From contig JAHEEE010000003.1 in assembly GCA_024640845.1 (NCBI GenBank), positions 26,257 through 90,256 on the forward strand: 64,000 nt of DNA, given 5' to 3'. Of this stretch, positions 59,766 through 64,000 are shown one piece after another. How positions within the stretch are numbered: the stretch's first letter is position 1; the number at the start of each line of letters is the position of its first letter. Under the pieces are notes generated by a model that saw only the letters and a list, made by a program, of their open reading frames with translations, made no database searches and was not told the origin of the DNA. Origin of the DNA: Myxococcales bacterium (GTDB lineage Bacteria; Myxococcota_A; Polyangia; Polyangiales; Houyiibacteriaceae). The translations under genes were made by a program, and so were the position numbers.

Positions 59766-61448
59766 TTAGGCTTCGACCGGAGGCTCGGGCGCCGTGTCGA
59801 CAGTCTTTTTCTCTTTGTCTTCGGCAGGTTCCGACGCGGCCTCAGTTACGGATTGCGTTTCGGCACTTTCGCTGCCCGGGGATTCCGAGTTGCCCGATTC
59901 TTCGCGGGCACTCTCCTCAGATCCCTCGTCACGCCCACCGCGTCGGCGGCCGCCGCGCCGGCGGCCGCGTCGACGCTTGTTGCCGTTCGCTTCGGCGGTT
60001 TCGTCGGTGGTCGACGTGTTGCTCTTGCTTCGCGTCGCGCCGCCGGCGAGTGAGTCCAGCAAATCGAGGTCGAGTACGGCCAGTGGAAGTGACACACGTT
60101 GAATACCGACACCGACCTCTTCCATGGAAGCCGCCAGCGCGTCGCCATCGAATACCGCGCACGGCGCTGCGCCTTCGGCATGGCCTTCCGTCGCGGTGCC
60201 TTCGGCGGCCCGCCCGAGCGTGATCACCCAACCGATGCGCGCATGGTCGAAGTCGTGCAGGCCGCCACGCAATTTGACGATGGCGTCTTTGTCGACTGGC
60301 TTGTGTCCTTTGTAGATGCTGATCGCGAGAGGCGTCTCCTCGGGGCCTCGCCGAAGAGTTCCGGCGAGGTTGAAGTCACCATCGGCGCGCACTGCGCGGA
60401 GCGAATGCACACCCACGGCATTGAGCCATGCCGCGAGAAGCTCGAGCAGCGCCCCGTCGGGAAGTTCCTTCAGACGACTGATCAACGCACGCCGAACACT
60501 GTGGCGCTGACGGTCCGCGGCTCGGAGGGCGTCGCGTTCGGAGTTGACCGCGTCGTTGGGCAGCTCCCATTCGAGAAGCGACACCTGGCCGTCGCCCTCC
60601 CTGAACCTCGGCCGGCCCCCCGCAGCGCGCCGTTTTGCGTTGTCGCCGCGGATGGCGGCAGCCAGCGTTGGGGCCAGCGTGGCCGGGGAACCGGCTAGTC
60701 GGCCACCCTCGATGAGGTTCTCGGCCACTTGCACGAGGCTCCGGGCCTGCCGCCCTCGTGTCCTCAGGGCCGTTTCGATGGCGTCGGATAGGTCCCGCCC
60801 AACAGGCTCTCCAGCCTCTGCGGGCCGGGTGGCGGGCGCCTCGGGCTCCTTGCGGGGCCGTCGGTGCGTTGGGGGTGAGCGGCGCTCGCGCTCAGGACGG
60901 GCTTCTCGGGCTTCGCTCTGCCCACCGCCATCGGAATCTCGGTCACGTCGTCTGCGGGGGCGGCGCTTGCGAGCGCGCCGGCCTTCGCCCGAGTCCTCGT
61001 CGAGGTTGGCCAGGATCAGCTCGTCGTCGTCGTCTTCCTCTGGGAAAACATCAGCACCTGGGAGATCTTGCGCTGCGATGCTTGGCTCCTCTTCAGGTTC
61101 CTCTGCAGGGGTGTCGTCGGCGACCTTGAGCGCCTGCTCGCCCGCCTCGGCGACCTCTGGAGCATCGCTCTCTGCGGTCGTGTTCTCTTCCTCCGGCTCC
61201 TCGGCGGAGTCGCGAAGCGCAAAGACACCGGGCTTCACCTTGATAATCGGCGCATCGCCACGGTCCTTTTTGACCATCGTGGCGAGCCTCGAGCTCATGG
61301 TGGTTTCTGGGGTTTTACCGACGTGCGACAGAAGGTTTCTCTCGATCGCGATTTCGGTGATTTTCTTGTAGTGGAGGGGCTTTCCGACGCTGCGGAGAAC
61401 CTCCACGGCTGCTTCCGTGAATGTCATTGATGTAGTCGTTCCTGTCAC
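59766..61448 (-). CDS. HARE-HTH domain protein with an acidic linker and a restriction-endonuclease (Mrr_cat)-like domain
   Basis: The N-terminus TFTEAAVEVLRSVGKPLHYKKITEIAIERNLLSHVGKTPETTMSSRLATMV...VKPGVFALRD is HARE-HTH-like. There is an Mrr_cat-like LLELLAAWLNAVGV...ADGDFNLAG...LAISIYKG...IGWVITLG. Long mixed-charge segments are present. GTG start. Confidence 0.8.
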   Translation of the reverse strand: MTGTTTSMTFTEAAVEVLRSVGKPLHYKKITEIAIERNLLSHVGKTPETTMSSRLATMVKKDRGDAPIIKVKPGVFALRDSAEEPEEENTTAESDAPEVAEAGEQALKVADDTPAEEPEEEPSIAAQDLPGADVFPEEDDDDELILANLDEDSGEGRRARKRRPRRRRDRDSDGGGQSEAREARPERERRSPPTHRRPRKEPEAPATRPAEAGEPVGRDLSDAIETALRTRGRQARSLVQVAENLIEGGRLAGSPATLAPTLAAAIRGDNAKRRAAGGRPRFREGDGQVSLLEWELPNDAVNSERDALRAADRQRHSVRRALISRLKELPDGALLELLAAWLNAVGVHSLRAVRADGDFNLAGTLRRGPEETPLAISIYKGHKPVDKDAIVKLRGGLHDFDHARIGWVITLGRAAEGTATEGHAEGAAPCAVFDGDALAASMEEVGVGIQRVSLPLAVLDLDLLDSLAGGATRSKSNTSTTDETAEANGNKRRRGRRRGGRRRGGRDEGSEESAREESGNSESPGSESAETQSVTEAASEPAEDKEKKTVDTAPEPPVEA

Positions 61449-61922
61449 TCCAGTGGGCGATGGTGAGCGGCGCGAGGGCCATGGCGTCGGGGAGCCTTAA
61501 ATCGCTCCACCCGCGCATCGACCCGCTGCCCTGTGGGCTAAGCGTCATGCTCGTTCGCACTCCGACCGGACAAAATCGTGGTTGAAATCGGTTGGCGGGT
61601 CCCATGACCCACTTCGTACCCCTTCGGTACCATCGACACTGGGGCGAGGCAATGAAACGACGCCCGAAAGTCTCACCCCCGGCTTAACCCTTGGCGATTT
61701 GACTTCAAAACCTCCAAGGACCATGAGAGCGGCCTTGCGGTTAATTGGCTCTGGCCGATCGCCGCTGTTACAGCCGGAGCGGTATGGGCAGCGTTCTTTC
61801 GTGTCAGACGGGCATCGCCTTCGTGGCACCGCAGACACGGGCACCGAACCACCAAGCAGGGTTTTCGGGGGCCAGTGGGGTTGGCCCGCTCTTCGCATAG
61901 AGAGTCGGTCGAGGAGAATCGA

Positions 61923-62918
61923 ATGAAGGACAAAGAAATCGGCATTCTGCTTGGGGGCGTGAGCGCGGAGCGCGAAATCTCCCTCAAGACCGGCGAGGCG
62001 ATGTACGACGCCCTCAAAGCACGTGGCTACCGCGTGCAGAAGGTGTTCGTCGATGCGGACATCGACCGGGTTCTCCGGCAGACCACGATCGACGTGGCCG
62101 TCATCGCGCTCCATGGGACCTATGGCGAGGACGGCTGTATCCAGGGCATGCTCGAGACGATGGGGATTCCGTATACGGGTTCCGGGGTCCTCGGGAGCGC
62201 GCTCGCGATGGACAAGCTCAAGAGCAAAGAGCTCTTTCGTCTCTACAACGTGCCGACACCGTCGTACTACGCGGTGCGCCGGGGCGACCTCAGCCGACTC
62301 GAACAGATCCATAGCTCCTTTGGATTCCCGAGCTTCGTCAAGCCACGTAGCGGTGGTTCCAGCGTGGGCGCGGGCGCCGCAAACAGCTTGAGCGAGCTCA
62401 AGCAGCGATGCGAGGATGCCGCGCGGTTCGACGATTGGGTCCTCGTCGAGCGTCTGATTCGTGGTCGCGAGGTGGCGGTGGGCGTGCTCGATGGAAACGC
62501 TCTCGGGGCGATAGAAATCGAGCCAAAGGGTGGCTTCTACGACTACAAGTCGAAGTACCAAAAGGGACAGAGCGAGTATCATTTCCCCGCCCGACTATCG
62601 CCGACCCGCTACCAAGGGGTCCTCAATCTCGCGGAGCGCGCAGTACATGCCGTCGGCGCAACCGGCGCGACTCGAGTGGACTTGCTCGTGACTTCGGACG
62701 AGAATGAATATGTCCTCGAGGTGAACACCCTCCCCGGGATGACCCCGACTTCTCTCCTGCCGAAAATCGCAGCAGGCGCCGGCTATGACTTCGAAGACCT
62801 CTGCGAGGCGATTCTCGAGCGCGCTACGTTGCATCGCGGCGAGGCGCTGCCAACTGTGCCGGAGGATGAGCGGCCGTCGCGAGTCCACTCGAGGGTGCCA
62901 GCGGAACCAGCGGAGTAG
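61923..62918 (+). CDS. ddl: D-alanine--D-alanine ligase
   Basis: ATG 61923 has GAGGAG 7 nt upstream. Contains IGILLGGVSAEREISL and the ATP-grasp EVNTLPGMT. Confidence 0.94.
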   Translation: MKDKEIGILLGGVSAEREISLKTGEAMYDALKARGYRVQKVFVDADIDRVLRQTTIDVAVIALHGTYGEDGCIQGMLETMGIPYTGSGVLGSALAMDKLKSKELFRLYNVPTPSYYAVRRGDLSRLEQIHSSFGFPSFVKPRSGGSSVGAGAANSLSELKQRCEDAARFDDWVLVERLIRGREVAVGVLDGNALGAIEIEPKGGFYDYKSKYQKGQSEYHFPARLSPTRYQGVLNLAERAVHAVGATGATRVDLLVTSDENEYVLEVNTLPGMTPTSLLPKIAAGAGYDFEDLCEAILERATLHRGEALPTVPEDERPSRVHSRVPAEPAE

Positions 62919-62962
62919 CGCGGGGGACCGCTAAGTGCGGGGTGTGCAGTAGCTTGAGCTTT

Positions 62963-63077
62963 TTAGTTACACCACCCGCCCACCCCCACCCGTAGTCCTC
63001 CCTCCACGGCGTTCGCTGCGCTCCGCCTTGGCGGCGCCTTTGGCGGGGGGCTTCGCAGTTCCGGTTCGCGCTGCCGC
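62963..63077 (-). repeat. 115-bp intergenic element, copy B (G-rich strand on the minus strand)
   Basis: This is the reverse complement of copy A (29781-29895). The identical 19-mer is at 62972-62990, and GCGAAGC (as its reverse complement) is at 63050-63056. Confidence 0.8.
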
Positions 63078-63095
63078 TCTCAGGAGATGCCATTC

Positions 63096-63126
63096 TTGAC
63101 AATTCCGATGTGGGAACACATATATC
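63096..63126 (+). promoter_or_regulatory. candidate promoter plus palindromic operator for the Rrf2-cysK pair
   Basis: TTGACA (63096-63101), a 17-19 nt spacer, then CATATA/TATATC (63119-63126). The palindrome ATGTG-ggaa-CACAT (63108-63121) overlaps the spacer and the -10 element. Confidence 0.4.
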
Positions 63127-63133
63127 TGACTCG

Positions 63134-63592
63134 GTGAAGCTCTCGAACAAAGGCCGGTATGGCGTCCGCGCCATTTTCGACATCGCCTTTCATAGCGGAG
63201 GCAAGCCCACGCAGATCAAAGACATCTCGCGTCGGCAGGCCATTCCCCCGCGCTTTTTGGAGCAGATTTTCCAGGACCTGAAGCGGGCGGGCCTCGTAAC
63301 GTCGAAGCGGGGTCCACGCGGTGGCTACGCCCTGGCGATGGAACCGGATGACGTGCGTCTTGGCGATATCGTGCGCGCGCTTGAGGGCCCTATCGTGTTG
63401 GGGAGCGGCGACCGAAACGGCAACGCCGAGGGCGACGAAACTAGTAGGGTCGTCACAGAAAATGCGTTTTCCGAGCTCTCCGACAGCATAGAGGCGTGCT
63501 TCGACGCCATCACGATCCAAGATCTATGTGACCGAGGCGACGCACATGGCGTGCGCCGCGCTCCTCCTCGCCGCTACGTCTACTCCATCTAA
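63134..63592 (+). CDS. Rrf2-family transcriptional regulator (IscR/CymR-like)
   Basis: [18 protein letters not shown]...[41 protein letters not shown] 63134 gives the canonical Rrf2 N-terminus. The track start is GTG 63110. Confidence 0.88.
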   Translation: MKLSNKGRYGVRAIFDIAFHSGGKPTQIKDISRRQAIPPRFLEQIFQDLKRAGLVTSKRGPRGGYALAMEPDDVRLGDIVRALEGPIVLGSGDRNGNAEGDETSRVVTENAFSELSDSIEACFDAITIQDLCDRGDAHGVRRAPPRRYVYSI

Positions 63593-64000
63593 TGCCTGCT
63601 CCCGTCGTTGATAGCGTCCTCGATTTGGTGGGCGAAACCCCAGTCGTCCGGCTTCGCAAGCTTTCGCCCGCGGGTGGCGCCACGATTTGGGGCAAGTGCG
63701 AGCATCTCAATCCGGGCGGTTCGGTCAAGGACCGCATCTGCTTGGCGATGATCGAAGCGGCCGAAGCAGAGGGGCGGTTGAAGCCAGGTGACACCATCGT
63801 CGAGCCGACCAGCGGCAACACGGGGATCGGTCTTGCGCTGGTGTGTGCACGCAAGGGCTACAAGCTCGTACTCACGATGCCGGCCAGCATGTCGCTCGAG
63901 CGGCGCGCGTTGCTCGAGGCGTACGGCGTCGAGATCGTTCTCACCGCGCCCGAGCGCGTCATGGAAGGCGCGATGGAAGCCGCGCGGAACATCGTGAAAG
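63592..64000 (+). CDS. cysK: cysteine synthase A (O-acetylserine sulfhydrylase); the 3' end lies outside the window
   Basis: Not in the track because there is no stop in the window. My own translation is [21 protein letters not shown]...[10 protein letters not shown]...[17 protein letters not shown] overlap with the Rrf2 stop. Confidence 0.9.
   Translation, partial: MPAPVVDSVLDLVGETPVVRLRKLSPAGGATIWGKCEHLNPGGSVKDRICLAMIEAAEAEGRLKPGDTIVEPTSGNTGIGLALVCARKGYKLVLTMPASMSLERRALLEAYGVEIVLTAPERVMEGAMEAARNIVK

Noticed and set aside
61449-61922. RNase P RNA, tmRNA, SRP RNA or 6S RNA in the long ddl-upstream gap.
   Set aside because: GAAAGTC and CCCGGCTTA-like strings occur, but they are adjacent rather than about 300 nt apart and are not in an RNase P arrangement. 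There is no GGGG...UUCGACG 5' end or T-arm/CCA 3' end for tmRNA. There is no GGAAGGAAGCAGC SRP motif and no long-range 5'/3' closing stem for 6S RNA. These rejections are by eye only.

Overview
This window is a core chromosomal region from a high-GC bacterium (about two-thirds G+C by eye). It is roughly 90% coding, with about 55 protein genes. By eye I found no rRNA, tRNA, CRISPR array, transposase or integrase. The content is mostly housekeeping. In order: a sigma-70 family sigma factor; gap-pgk-tpiA-secG; yhhQ; a TPR protein; a PP2C phosphatase; pheA-hisC-aroA-cmk-rpsA; mutS; two translationally coupled beta-propeller lipoproteins; a Ser/Thr kinase; ppdK; glyQ-glyS; bcp-scpA-scpB; an ApaH-like phosphoesterase plus a Rieske protein; map; parA-parB; folD; ileS; lspA; a fused 5-oxoprolinase; nrdR-ribD-ribE-ribBA-ribH-nusB; a RumA-type methyltransferase; mnmA; a cysteine desulfurase; a REC-histidine kinase; an SLT transglycosylase; ddl; and an Rrf2 regulator with cysK. 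The lineage is probably Myxococcota-like. This is inference only, from the Ser/Thr kinase and PP2C, frequent GTG/TTG starts, 4-nt gene overlaps, charged low-complexity tails, a HARE-HTH protein and a K/A-rich histone-like tail. Most long antisense ORFs in the track are GC artefacts. I see no obvious mobile or defence island. The signals most worth following up are non-coding. (1) The glyQS leader is closed by a 27-bp helix, and its imperfect positions are G.U wobbles only in the glyQ-sense strand. (2) A 115-bp G-rich/C-rich intergenic element occurs twice (29781-29895 and 62963-63077, inverted), both times just downstream of a gene stop with the C-rich strand in the mRNA sense. (3) A 474-bp hairpin-rich gap lies between ddl and a HARE-HTH gene. 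(4) A roughly 34% GC island sits between a cysteine desulfurase gene and mnmA. Coding oddities include an SRPBCC domain fused to a histone-H1-like tail with six 33-bp tandem repeats, a HARE-HTH/acidic-tail/Mrr-like protein, a coupled pair of lipoproteins of unknown function, and a 59-aa ORF missed by the 60-aa track cutoff.
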